From Kondoa subrosea (taxonomy: Eukaryota), in assembly GCA_039545335.1 (NCBI GenBank), contig BCIN01000002.1, forward strand, positions 2,032,484-2,096,483: a stretch of DNA of 64,000 bases. The letters are read 5' to 3'. Of this stretch, positions 1-12,435 are shown one piece after another. The translations under genes and the position numbers were made by a program. Position 1 is the first letter of the stretch; every line of letters starts with the position of its first letter. Below the pieces are notes generated by a model. That model had not been told where the DNA came from. It saw only the letters and a program-made list of their open reading frames with translations, and searched no databases.

Positions 1-1403
1 GAGAAGGTGAAATGTGTAGAGTAATGGAATCGGAAGAATCTGAATCCGCTACTGCTTTATTGCCCATCTTATCTAAAAGATCGCAAATTTGTGTTGTTGA
101 AAGAGAAAGTGCAGTGAAAGCATTGATGTAAGAGGCAGAAACCTTCATTGCGCGGGTTGAAAGATCGGGTGTAATGACTGACTTTCCTCCAGGGTAGACA
201 ACTTTGACTGATTCGATAGTGAAAGGGTCAGAAGTATATTCGCTGAACATTGTGACTATCATGTTGATAACGATGGAGAGCTTGGTCTCGTCAGTTGCCG
301 TTGTATCGATGAAGATGTCGGTCGTTTCGAGCGTAATTTTGGTGTGCTCGCTATTGATGATTGGGGGCATGGAGAGCACTTGCCGTGTTGTGTCATAAAT
401 AATAGGGTAGACTGGAGAATCGCGAATGATAGGAAGGAATTTGTTCAAGTGTCGATCAGTCTGGCATAAATTTAGCAAACAGCGGAACACGGTGCAGAGA
501 AGCTCACTTCATAAAGCTGCATCATCTCTTCAGCAGTATACTCTTTGTCTTTGTTCAGCGGCTGGAACTTGATATCTTTCGGTGGAAGTGCTTCGTACGA
601 AATTGTTCCTTTTCTGCAAAGTGATTATCAAATCTGGGCGGAACGGGCTCATAAGAAGAGGACTCACGCGATCTTTGACAGATCATGCGTTCCAATTGCA
701 ACAAGTGTTCTTTTCCTCGCCAAGTTCATATGCAGCTTGTCTTGGAGGTCGATGAAAGATGCATAGGACTGCGGCGTGAATTTGACTCCACGAAGTACTG
801 CCCCAGCAAAGTACGGTCGTATCCTTGCAACCTGTAATCACTTTGATAAACTTGCCTACCACATACCAGACTTGGCGAGGCCTACATCTTCTGAAAGCTG
901 AACAGTAATCCCATTTTCATTCCACGGCAACAGCTTGTATTCAGGTCGCGGTTGCCATCCAAGATAGATCCGTAAAGCTCTGACAAGACCTTCCATACAT
1001 AACAAATCATAGCTTTGAGGAATAGTTTAGCTGTATTTAACCAGTCTCTGCTGGATGAGCTTACCGATTTGCTGGTATTTCTACTTTCAGCTTATGTGGA
1101 AGTTCATTAGGCGCTGATTGAGATGTCTGGCAGTGCAAGCATGAGTCAACTCTATCAAACTGTATATTTGAAGTATACATCTTCGTCCTGTCGAGGCAAT
1201 CAGTCGCAATCAGGCTCAAGATAACAAGACTTACCAGCTCCAGCCCATAAGCAAAGAGCAGCTCATCAAACTCCTCCGTTGCTTGAAATTACAAATTATC
1301 ACAAATCAACGAGTTGTTCCTTCATAGGCCCAGGACAGGACGCACTGTAGGTCTTGCCTAGTCTTGAGTAGAACTCATCCTTCTCCAATGAAATAGTCGG
1401 CAT
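1..1403 (-). CDS. FRS1: Phenylalanyl-tRNA synthetase beta subunit, cytosolic (3' end runs off the window; multi-exon)
   Basis: Manual minus-strand splicing gives [38 protein letters not shown]|...[16 protein letters not shown]...[30 protein letters not shown], which are typical PheRS-beta motifs. ATG is at 1403-1401. The gene is not in the ORF track. Confidence 0.95.
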
Positions 1404-1491
1404 CCTGTGTATCGGAGCGCGAGAATGGTCGAGGACCGTGAACAAGCGAGTTCCATGTTTCGAATTGGTGCCCTTCACTCTAGAACTGCCA

Positions 1492-3779
1492 ATGTCGGAT
1501 TACTCGCTCAACAGTAAGCAGTAACATATGGCCTCAAGATCGTACGCCAGACAAATGAAGAAGGAAGCACTCCAAGCCAATGGCCAGCAACAGCAAGTGA
1601 ACTGCGATGATTCACATAAGAGACCAGCTACGGCGGATTTACAACGCGCAATAGATCAATCAGCTCATACTCTAGTATCTGCCGAAGATCGAGCCTCATA
1701 TGTGTCTGTGTTATTGCAAGAATTGCATTGCTTGGAAAGGAATGACTCTGCAGGCGCTCTCCCGGTGCTGCAAGCTCTCAAATTGTATGGCCGCATCCCT
1801 CAGGGCAGTCAAGAACTTGGCACAGAATCTGCTCTTCGACTATTACTTCACTATGCCCAAGTTCTGCCTTTCCAAGGTGTAGCACCTCGAGAACTCTCGC
1901 CTAGCGCATTGGAAGCTTGGCGAATCATCTGCAACGCAGTCAAGCTACACGAGAAAGAAGCTCCGCTGGCTATTGCAGCTATAGACTTTGCACTTGAAGG
2001 AATTCTTGCCTTTGTACAGGTTAGTCTGGCCCGATGTAATTCCGTGTGTCAAACTAAAAGAGTGCGATCCGAAGGACCCTGCACCTATACCTGCACATTT
2101 TCTTGCTAGCAGACTGCTATTTCTATTGACGGCCAAAGGAGGAGAAGCAAATAGAACTTTGATTGAGGACTGCGGTGCGCTGGACGTACTGTATGAGGTG
2201 CGCTTTCTCACTCTTTACCTTCTGTCAGCTGACCGTAGTTCAAACAGGCACTTACCAAGGCAGCCAACACTGCGTCTTGTCTAAGTTCCGACACGCTCAT
2301 TTCGTTGGCTGAGCAATTGAAGCTTCTTTACGACCTGGCCATCTTTTATCCTCGTTTGCTGGCAATCGATCCCAAAGCGACACCTCCCTTGGACTACCTT
2401 TCGCCGACATCCTCCTCGGACTCTTCAAGCCGAATTCCACCGCCAATGGAAAGATCTTCATCTATGTCATCTTCCTTAGGTCGAGGCATCAAGAACATCT
2501 TCACCAAATCTCCCTCATCTAACGGAGGTGGACGAAGCAGTCGACCGCCCTCTCCTGCTTTCAGTACAACAGGTCGAAGAGAGTCCGCAACAGGTCGAAG
2601 AGAATCTATGCAGGTCTCTCGACGAACGCTACCTTCTTTCGCTACACCACTCATAGAATTGATTCTCCACTTGCCAGATATCTATAATTCACCTTACCCT
2701 GTTCCACCACTCAATCATGCATTGCATACTTTAAGCGAGATACCATTTTCACCTGAATGGGCTCTTGGATCAGCAGATCTTGGTAAATATCCTAATCTGC
2801 CTTCTACTTCTACTACACCGTTATCAAATTTGGATACTTTGCCTCCCTTATTGGCCAAACTACTTTCTCTGGTAGACGGATCGATGACATACACTTTCCC
2901 TACTGTCCAAGACCCAGACGATTCAAGTAATCGAAAAAGATTGACAACTCCTTCTGGTGCTCAAGAAAGTAGAACGGAAAGTGATATAGATGCAGAATTG
3001 GCTCCTATGTTGTTATTGATTAGGAAATGTATTGTGGGAGATGAAACTGGTCGATCGAGACGAAGCATGCGAGCTAGATTGCTCAGTGATTCAATGTATG
3101 TTGTGTTTCCTTGTATGTCATTGTTTGATGTGTGCTGAATGATGTTTGATCAGGGATCGATCTATTCCGCTAGACCAGAGATCGGATTTGACTGGTAGAC
3201 TTGTACGACTTATGGGTAGCGTCTATTTCAGCAATACAAAAGTCGGAGCCGGCGAACTGCTCTTTGTGCTTTGCGATCAAGATGGTCAGTCCTTTGCCTT
3301 CTCGTAAATTCGATGATATGCTTACATGGTGTGATGCTTGTTCAGCTGAAGACTTTGCTGCTACTATCGGTTATGGACCTGCAGCTGGTTTCCTCGCTTC
3401 CAATCAATTACTGGTTCCGGCCCCAGGAGAAAGCAAATCAAACGGAAGTAGCAGTACTAACAAATACTCTCATTCTCAACCTGTCAATCCTATGACTGGA
3501 GCATACGAAAGACCGATGCGATTCTCAGGAGATGATGAGCCGATGACTGAAGATCAAAAGAATGCAGAAGCTGAAAGACTCTTTGTTCTGTTTGATCGAT
3601 TGGCCAAAACGGGTGTCATGAATGTAGAAAATCCGTTAGCTAAAGCTCAGCAAGAAGGACACTTTGAAGAACTGGCTGCTGACGAAGAGACAGACGCGCG
3701 CGAGCAAGAAGATCAAGATGAAAGAGATGCGATTGAAGAAATGAGGAGATGGAAAGAAAGAAGAGGGACTGCAAAGTGA
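1492..3779 (+). CDS. RIC8: Ric-8/synembryn G-alpha guanine nucleotide exchange factor and chaperone (start tentative: 1492 or 1528)
   Basis: Motifs FLASRLLFLLT, IGYGPAAGFLAS, VNPMTG and PMTEDQKNAEAERLFVLFDRLAKTGVM match the Ric8 C-terminal signature. Exons join through GT-AG introns. Confidence 0.9.
2567..2603 (+). repeat. 21-nt-period tandem duplication in RIC8 (TGRRESA/TGRRESM)
   Basis: caacaggtcgaagaga occurs at 2567 and at 2588. Confidence 0.85.
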
Positions 3780-4120
3780 GAAAGTTCAGTTTTATTCAGT
3801 CATTCGTGTTGTATTACCTCGTTGTGCTAGTTATAATCATAGTATACCACTTCTGTAATGCTAATCTAATTTTCATAAGGCAGCCTCTGCCAGAAAGGAC
3901 CGATCGGTTGTCGCAAGAGAGTCATAGTACAGAGCATTTTCAATGTATTAGCTTGCACACTGCGCGCCGCCGCTACAATGTGAACCTCTATACCACGAAG
4001 CTGTTACATAACTGCTTGCCGTAGTTTCGAATGTGCGGTTTTACTGTCTGAGAGCGATCAGCTTGCATCATTGCGCAAGAAGTACGACTGACTTGACAAA
4101 GGATGTTTTCGTGGACAGAT

Positions 4121-5861
4121 CTATCGGACGAAGTGTGTTTTGTAGTGTCTGGCACTCTGTGTCCAGCATAAGGAATAAGCTGCTGTGTAGGCACGAGAGG
4201 ACTGTCTTACGTTGCCCCCGGGAACGATCTTGCCGCAAACCTTGCCGTCTTCCATCACAACCAAACATTTAGTCGTCCTGCCGCCGAGTAAATCCCACTT
4301 TTCCTTATTTTTTCTATTCTTGTAGCGCCCTTCAATCTTCTTGCGATCTCCACTCTCTTTCGTCTTCTTTCCTTCGTTGCTCGGCATGTAATCTTGATCC
4401 TCAATGTTGCTGTGTCCTAAAGCAGAAAATGTACTAAGATGAGCTTGATGAGCAGATTCATGTTCGCCAGTTTGGATGCTTGTGTTTGATCTACCAGGGC
4501 TAATGAGGTTGCTTTTCAATGGAACTTCTTGCCAACCAAAGTGTGGACCAGATGGATAAGCCTGATCATGAAGCTGACCAGCGCGAGGTGAGAAACCATT
4601 AGCATCAAGCCAAGCCGAAGTTGGGGACAGCATTGGATTGAAAGAAGTGATTTGAGCAGGTGCAGCTTCCTGCCCAAAGAAAGGTATTTGCATGCTAGAA
4701 AAATTGATAGCATGATCATTTCCGAAAATGTAGCGATCAAGCTCGGAAGAAAGGTGTTCTTCCTGTTTGACGCCGACAAAGAGCTCTTGTTGTTGTTGAG
4801 ATTGCATAGTGAAAGCGCTAGCAGAGTTGTTGCAGCCATTGAGAGACTGTTGTCCCGAAGTCGAAGCAAAGACTGGTAAAGCTTGCTGATCACCGGCAAT
4901 AATTGAAGTGTTTGGAGCGAAAGCAAGAGTACTGGCCAATTCAGAGCTTTGAACGATATCGACTTTGGTCAGTACCTCTTTGATGCGTTGCTGCAGTTTT
5001 GATCAGCTACCAGATTACGTGCAAGAAAGTTTCGACACAACATACCTTGAGTTTCGAATGCTGAGGATCATAATCGAGGCGCTTGGCGACAGCCTTACTA
5101 ATGATATGCAAGTCGGTAGTACGCAGATGATGGATCAACTCCAAGATCAAGTCGTCCTTGATTTTGTTGACATAGCACCTTTTGTATTTCTTCTTTTCCT
5201 TAGCTTCAATTTTGGAACTGGACGTAGCATATATAGACGATGGAGATAAACCTTGTGATAGAGGAGCAATAAAAGGGTTCTGATCATTACCGCTTGTTAC
5301 ATGTGCTGGCAAAGTAGGCTGATTATTGCTTAGAGCAGATGCATCGGGAGGATTGGTATCATCATACTTGTAATTGGCAGGTTGAAGTGAGAAACTTTGA
5401 TCAAAGGAGGTCAAGTAGTCATGCTTGATCTCCTCCTCCGTAAAAGGCATGTGCAGAAACTGAGCATCAACAGAAGATTCGCCAGTCTCCAACAAAGGAA
5501 GGACATCGGAAGCTTCCTTTAGGATCTGATCGATCTCATGTGAATGGAAGTATACGCCAGGAGACTCGAAAGGCTCAGAAGCGAGAGTCAAAAGACGTGG
5601 ATCAATAGGACGAGGAATGGTATCGAGCAGGAGTTGAGAGCTGTGATCACCTCTCATCACGTTCTGCTGTAGGACAGAGATGAGATTGCTGCCCGAAGCA
5701 AAGCAAGGGTGAGATTCCGTAGACAAACAACTGAAAATGGAATCGCTCGAGCTCACTTTGCGGCTTCGAAATAGCTTTGATAAGCCTGAGAGCTGAAGCA
5801 ATAGGGTAAGGCAAGCTCTCTGTTAGGTCTACAGTACTTACACGGTTATTTTAGAACTCAT
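4121..5861 (-). CDS. Hypothetical protein ending in an atypical C2H2-like zinc finger (putative transcription factor)
   Basis: Spliced model: MSSKITV|SQAYQSYFEAAN|NLISVLQQ...HSKLK|QRIKEVLTKVD...KCLVVMEDGKVCGKIVPGGN|SARHYKTHFVR*. Four GT-AG introns keep the frame and join ORFs 5007-5801 and 4121-4939. Confidence 0.65.
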
Positions 5862-6944
5862 GCTTGGTGGTAGCTGGACAAGTTGAATTAAAATCTACAA
5901 TCTTGGGCAGACAGCGGTGGCGACTGTGAGGCTCCTACAACTTAATAGACTTCCAATCGTAGTGTTACAACGCAAAGAGCGTCCCCAAGCTATACAATGA
6001 TCCGAGTTAGCGAAATTCTTTTCGAGTCTATTCCTCCATTGGCTCATTCTCCACAGCGGGAGCTTGATACCTCTTGTCCGTTGACAAGTCCTGTTGATCT
6101 TCAGTGAAGGATCTGGAAAGCTTTTGTTGTAGCGAACAGTCATTCCGAGCGTGATTGTTCTGCATCCAAAATACGAGAATTGAAGATCAGGCGAAGCAGA
6201 TCTTACTGAGACTGATGACGCCTCGGACACCCCGTATTCCCTCGGGCACCGCACATCCTTAAAGATGTCTTGAGTCGACCCAGCAGGCGATCTGCATGGC
6301 CGGTTGATAAGCTCGATCACGAGATAAGATGATAACCTACTTCGTGGTAATGACTGACCCTTGTTTGGCTACTTAGCACAAATATGGCGCAGAAGAACCA
6401 TAGAATGACACATCAATATATAGGGAGGTTGCTCCACAAACATTCGGCCTGTTCTAGATCCATCCCCAGAGCACCAAGGGATTCTGTTGACCAGGAGCAC
6501 GCTAGCCTCTAGGGCGTATGCAAACAGTATACAAGAAACATCGAAACGATAGGACGAAGATACAGGCTCGACCGAGGCGCTCACAGCAACAGACAAACAG
6601 CGAGAAAAGAGGACAACAGTGTCAAGTTCGGTAGGGTTGAAATAAGGAGAACTGGAAAGAATCATAGAAGAAGATCACTACAGCATCTGTACTCGTGCCA
6701 CATACACTCTAATTGTAGAGGAACGCGAGATTTTGTCTAAGCATGATTTTTGGCAGTTGATAGAAGAAACCGAGACAAGCACAACTGCAGGGATGGACTG
6801 CATGTGGCAGAGCACACACTCTTAGCCGCGATATCAGGCAAGCGACGCCTCCTTGCTCACTTCATGCGCTTGTGTATTTTGATTCGTCATGTCAGGTTAA
6901 CCCTTGACCAATTCCCCTGGCGCTGAATCTCTTCCACTGCCGCC

Positions 6945-9900
6945 ATGTCCCCAAAACGCAAAGCAAAAGTCATGGACTCTGATTCAGAGGATGGGATCGA
7001 ATTCGTGGATGCCAAACCTGCAGTGAAAGCGCCGAAAGCTTCAACCTCGAAATCAAAGCCTGCAGCCAAGAAAGCAAAGAAAGAAGAGGACATGGACGAT
7101 TTTGTTGTGCCTGATGAAGAAGAGGACGTGAAACCCAAAAAGAAAGCAGCTGCGACCAAGAAATCGAGTACTGCTTCGAGCAAGAAGGCTAGTACAAGCA
7201 GCAAGCGTGTCAAGAACGAGGACGAGGATGATCTGCTTGATCAAGCTCCTGAAGAGAAGAAGCCTAAGCTCAGCGGATCGCTCGTCAAGCGCGATGAATT
7301 TGATCCAAGTATGTAATCAGATCTATGTACAACTGTCGTCTGGCTAAAGACTATCCGCAGCCAAGTTTCAAATTCCTGAAGGTGCTCCTGACTGTCTAGC
7401 TGGTCTGGCATTGTTCGTCTTCGCAGCCTGTTATGCTTCGAAAGACTGATCGGACAAACCGTAGTGTCTTCACTGGAGAGCTCAAGTCTTGTGATCGAGA
7501 TGATGCTACACAATTAGTAAAGAAGCACGGCGGGTCAGTGGTTCTTCTTGCTTCAGCTTCTTCTGGCTGAATTGCGACATTATAGACGTACAACTACCGC
7601 TCCTTCTGGCAAGACCAACTATGTAGTCATTGGCGAAAATGCGGGTGCTTCGAAGTTGAAGAAATTAGAAACACTGAAAGGCCCAGTCAAGCTGAACGAA
7701 GAAGAGTTCTTCAACTTGATCCTTACTCGGTCGGTCATGCAGCCTTATCAACGGATTGTTTCTAATTGGTCGCAAACAGATCTCCTGACGAAGTGGATGA
7801 CAAGACTATCGAGAAGAAGAAGAAAGAAGAAAAAGTCATCAAAGAGCAAGCTAAAGCTATGGGTCCAAAGAAAGGTGACGAGTACGTCTAATCTGACACT
7901 GTGCAGGAATATGTGCATTGAGATACTCTGCTATTAGGAAAGCCAACATGAACCAATTGTGGACAGTCAAGTATGCACCGAAATCGCTCAAAGATGTTTG
8001 CGGCAACAAAGGACTGCTTGAGAAACTACAAAGATGGCTCGAAGCTTGGTGACTTTCATTTTAACCTATTGGGGGAATCCAGCTCACATTATGACAGGCC
8101 AAAAATGGTCAAGTCCAATTTCAAGAAACTAGGACCAGATTCGACGGGCACTTCTCGAGCAATGCTCATTTCTGGTCCACCAGGAATCGGTAAAACTACT
8201 TCTGCTCATCTTGTGGCTCGTTTGGCTGGCTATACGATCATTGAATTGAACGCTAGTGATACCCGAAGTAAGAAACTGCTCGAATTGGGTTTCAAGTCTG
8301 CTATCGACAACACTTCCTTGGATGGCTTTCTCGGTACTGGAGTAAGACTTTCTATCTTCCACTATCGTTTACGACGTCTGATGTTTTCCCGCCTGCAGTC
8401 AAAGAAACAGTTCGAAGGACAACCCGATGCAGGCGATCGAGCAGTCTTGATCATGGATGAAGTTGATGGAATGTCAGGAGGCGATCGTGGTGGTGTCGGA
8501 GCTCTGAACGTCCTCATCAAGAAGACCAAGATCCCTATCATTTGCATCGCGAATGATTCGAAATCGCAAAAGATGAAACCGTTACAGAACACTACCTATT
8601 CTCTGCCTTTCAAGAGGTATATCTCGCGGCTCTTTTGCGTTGCTATTTTGCTGACGATCTTGGAATTGGCGTACAGACCTGAAGCGAACATGATTAAATC
8701 GCGAATGATGTCCATTGCTTACAGGTAAGCTTTCTCGGGCCTTCTGAGCGCCTGCTGACGGTCTTCGGCAGAGAGGGCATTCAGATCTCAGGTCCTGTCA
8801 TTGAACAACTTATCAACGGCGCCCAATCTGACATTCGCTCGATCATCAACATGATGTCGACTTACTCTCTGGGCGCTAAAGGTGCCATGGACTTTGACAA
8901 AGGCAAAGAGCTGTACGCTTCTTTCTTTCCGCGCATCCCTCGGCTTCTGATGCACTTTTTCAGGGTCGATGCGAGCGCAAAGAATCAAGTTCAAAACCCT
9001 TTCAACATCCAAGACAAGCTTTTCGGACCTTACATGTTCTCTTCTACAAGTAAAGTCAAGTTAGGCGAAAAGCTTGAACTCTATTTCCAAGATTTCTCCA
9101 TTATGCCGTTGTTTGTGCAAGAAAATTATTTGAAGTACAATTTCAGTCGAGCGCAAGGTCTACATGGACGCGATGGAGAGTTCAAGAGAATTGAATTGGC
9201 TCAAAAAGCTGCTGAATCGATTTCTGATGGCGATATTATGGACACAATGATTCATGGGTAAGTCTACAGGAAGTCTCTGTGAGCGAGGAGAAGCTAACGG
9301 TGCAGCAGATCACAACAACATTGGAGTCTATTGCCAGCTCACGGTATCGCTTCTACTGTTCGACCTGCTTATTACTGCTTTGGACCGGGATCTTATGGCA
9401 AAGGCCCTGGCGGTTTCTCTAGCGGAGCGTCCTCTCGTGCATTCCCAGGGTACGTTGCTGTGTCTACTCTTTTCTTGGGTGAACTGATGATTGGTACTAG
9501 CTGGCTTGGCAAGAATTCGACAACTAACCGCTTGAAGAACGCTTTGGGAGAAATCCAGATTCGCATGCGGTTGAACGTCTCTGGCGATCGATCCGAAATC
9601 AGACAAACCTATCTTCCTATCCTTATGCAACAGCTCAGCGCACCACTTCGAGCTTCCGGCGCAGATGGAATTGAAGAAGTCATTAGTCTTATGGATGATT
9701 ATTACCTTACCAAAGACGAGTTCGACACGATTATGGAATTGGGTGTTGGTGATGAGTTTGATGGTGAGACTTTGTTGCATGGAGTTGCGGCAGCTACGAA
9801 ATCTGCTTTTACCCGAACGTGGGTCAAGATTTACACTTTTCAACGAATCTGTGAGCTGAGGCATCGTTGCGAACGCAGGTTCAACAAAGGAAGACATCCA

Positions 9901-10193
9901 ATTCCATTCCACAAAGCTTCTGATATCGGAGGCAAAGTTTCTAAAAAGATGCCTAAAACGGAGCAACCAGATTTAGAGGATGTTATTGAAGCCGAACCTG
10001 ACGAAGCTGATGTGTACGTCTCTTTTACTCTATACTTTGTGGATGTTCAAAACTGACGCGCGAACGCAGAGAGGATGAAGACGCAGTTAAAGTTGAAGAA
10101 GACGAGATCAAAGGTGACAAACTGCTCAAGAAGAAGCCTGTCAAAGGCGCGGCGAAAGCTAAGAAGCCAGCTGCTACCAAGAAAGCAAAGTGA
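6945..10193 (+). CDS. RFC1: Replication factor C large subunit
   Basis: BRCT segment (TTAPSGKTNYVVIG), Walker A GPPGIGKT, ELNASDTRSK, Walker B IMDEVDGMSGGDRGG, IPIICIAND and RFC1 C-terminal WLGKNS...MDDYYLTK. Confidence 0.97.
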
Positions 10194-10474
10194 ACAGGAA
10201 GAGAGTTGGGTAGCAGCGAAACTTTAAGGCTGGTTCCGAGAGTATTGTTGTCATGGCTTTCCTTTGTCCCTCCGCGATTTTTGACTTGAACTGTACCTTG
10301 CCTGTCACATTTATACCGAGCGACTACCATTCGACCCAGCCTGCACTGCCTGTTCAGTTCAAGCAGTGCAAGTCCAATCCCGAAACGAAGCAGAGAAATC
10401 GAACAATCGGATCATTTGAACAATCGCTTTCTACAAAGCGCGACCTACTCAGATCCAGCTAAACGAGAACCAGA

Positions 10475-12224
10475 ATGGCCGGCAGCAACTGTCTGCACGG
10501 AGATTACCAGCTAGCGCCTTCAACTGCAAGCGGCTCATCTATACCTCGAGCTATTCATATTCGACTCTCGGAAGAAGCCCTGAATGCTATACTCAGTGGA
10601 GGCAAAGGCAAAGGCAGGGCTCAAGAGATTGTCTATGATTCAGACGATACAACTCATGTAAGGCACCACCCTTCACATAACAACGCTTGCATCTCTCTCA
10701 AGCCCTTTGTTCGATGCTTATAACTGAATAATGTTGTATCTCAATACAGACACTGACTATTGGGGATACTGTACACCAACTTAGCAGCTCTACTGAAACT
10801 CAGCAACATGAAATTTATGCCAAGTCAACTCAGGATGGATCGACTAAAAGCTTGCGTACAGTGGGCAAACTATCACACAAGCTCATCATGCAGCACACCC
10901 TCGGCGCAGAGATGAGCAGTCGAGTCCGAGAACGAAACGAAGCAGCTGTGTCCGCTCGAGATGAAAGGCGATCAATACAGTTGAATTATGACAACAGTAT
11001 GCTATGCTTCACTTCACTGCTCATGGGACATAGAGCTGATTGAAAAGTACACAAGAACCATCTACATCTCTCAGGCCGCCTGCGGGTGCACGCGGTTCAT
11101 CTCCCAACGGTCGTCGAAGCGTTTCTCCTGCAAACGATTCGGCCAAAGCGAGAAGATCAAACCTCTTGGTCGCAACAGAAACAAACAGACGGAAAGATCT
11201 CAAGACATCTGGTAGCAATCGGAACTCTGGTCAACTTTCGCCATCTCATTTATCACATTCGTTCACTTTCGATGTGGAAGAGATGATTCCTGGTTCGGAA
11301 GCTGGTCTAGATCAACCAATGAGCAAGAAAGATAATTCCTCCTCCTCTTCGAATGGTGAAACAGCCTCCTTAACCTTTTCTCATTCACCTGATACTTCTG
11401 TCTCCTCTGCCGATTCTCCTCCTTCCAAAGAATATTACGCAGCTGCAGCAAATGGTCTAGGCATCAATACTATTCCAAATAACAACAAAGTAGATCTGAC
11501 TCGTCCCAAAGTTCGCGAAGTCCCAGCTCGAAGTGTTATTTCACCAGCAAAACCAGCAAAATCATCCAGTGTCGAACCATCTACTGCATCAAATTCCCCA
11601 GCTTTGAAAAGGAAAAGAGAAATTTCCAATGGAGGGAAAAATTCAACTGCTGCGGATAAAGATGTTTCTCCGCCGCCTGCGAAACGAACGGCTCCCAAAG
11701 CTAATGGAAGAACTTCTGGTGGTTCTCGATTGATCAGACCCGTTACTTCTTCTCCCAATTCAAAGAGCAACAATAGCAGCAGGTCTGCTACACCTCAAAC
11801 AACAACCGAAACGTCAATTAAAAAGGTTCAAGATGTGAAAATGAAAGATGTTGAAGTGAAGGATGAACAGCAGAAAAGCAAACATTGGTACACTTCTTCA
11901 GAAGCGGAGGACGAAGATGCGATAGGAGAAGACGATGACGAAGTTATGGCGTCAAGTAGTTCCATCACTTCAATTGCGCAATATCGCACTTGTCGACAGC
12001 AGTTCTCAAACATTTATCTTACTTACGGACCGATGAGGGATGAGTTGATTGAGCAGAGGAGGTTGATTCAAGTGTTGATCCAAGGTGGAACTTTATCGGC
12101 TGAAGAGCGTCAAAACATTCGAAGCAAGAATGAGATTACTACAATGGTTAAGAAAGTTCAAGAGACTCGTGATCAACTGTTGCAACTCAAGACGAGTCTT
12201 TGGTCAGCTGCTGAAACTCTATAA
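10475..12224 (+). CDS. Probable ELL-family RNA polymerase II elongation factor
   Basis: N-terminal IHIRLSEEALNAI...VGKLSHKLIMQ...RVRERNEAA...RRSIQL resembles the ELL N-domain. A low-complexity linker follows. C-terminal ITSIAQYRTCRQQFSNIYLTY...L resembles the Occludin/ELL domain. Recognised from memory. Confidence 0.6.
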
Positions 12225-12435
12225 CCTGTGATTTGGTACTTTCCAACTTTGTATAGCATTTTCCCTTTTCAGACTATTATTTTCTATATTTGTCGTTCTA
12301 CATATGCTTTGTGTAATTGCTGTGGCTTATTGCATGTTGTTTTTATAAGTCTATTAGACCGGTCTGAATTTTCGTTATACTGAAATTGTCCTTGCATCTG
12401 CCTGCATCTGCCTTCGTCTGAATTCCTCCTTCGTA

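Noticed and set aside
204..766. Short plus-strand ORFs here, and most 60-120 aa ORFs elsewhere in the track
   Set aside because: They are antisense or alternative-frame shadows of the recognised spliced genes (here FRS1).
4121..5861. Mating-type homeodomain gene candidate
   Set aside because: There is no WFxNxR homeodomain signature, no divergent HD partner, and I saw no pheromone receptor or CAAX pheromone ORF.
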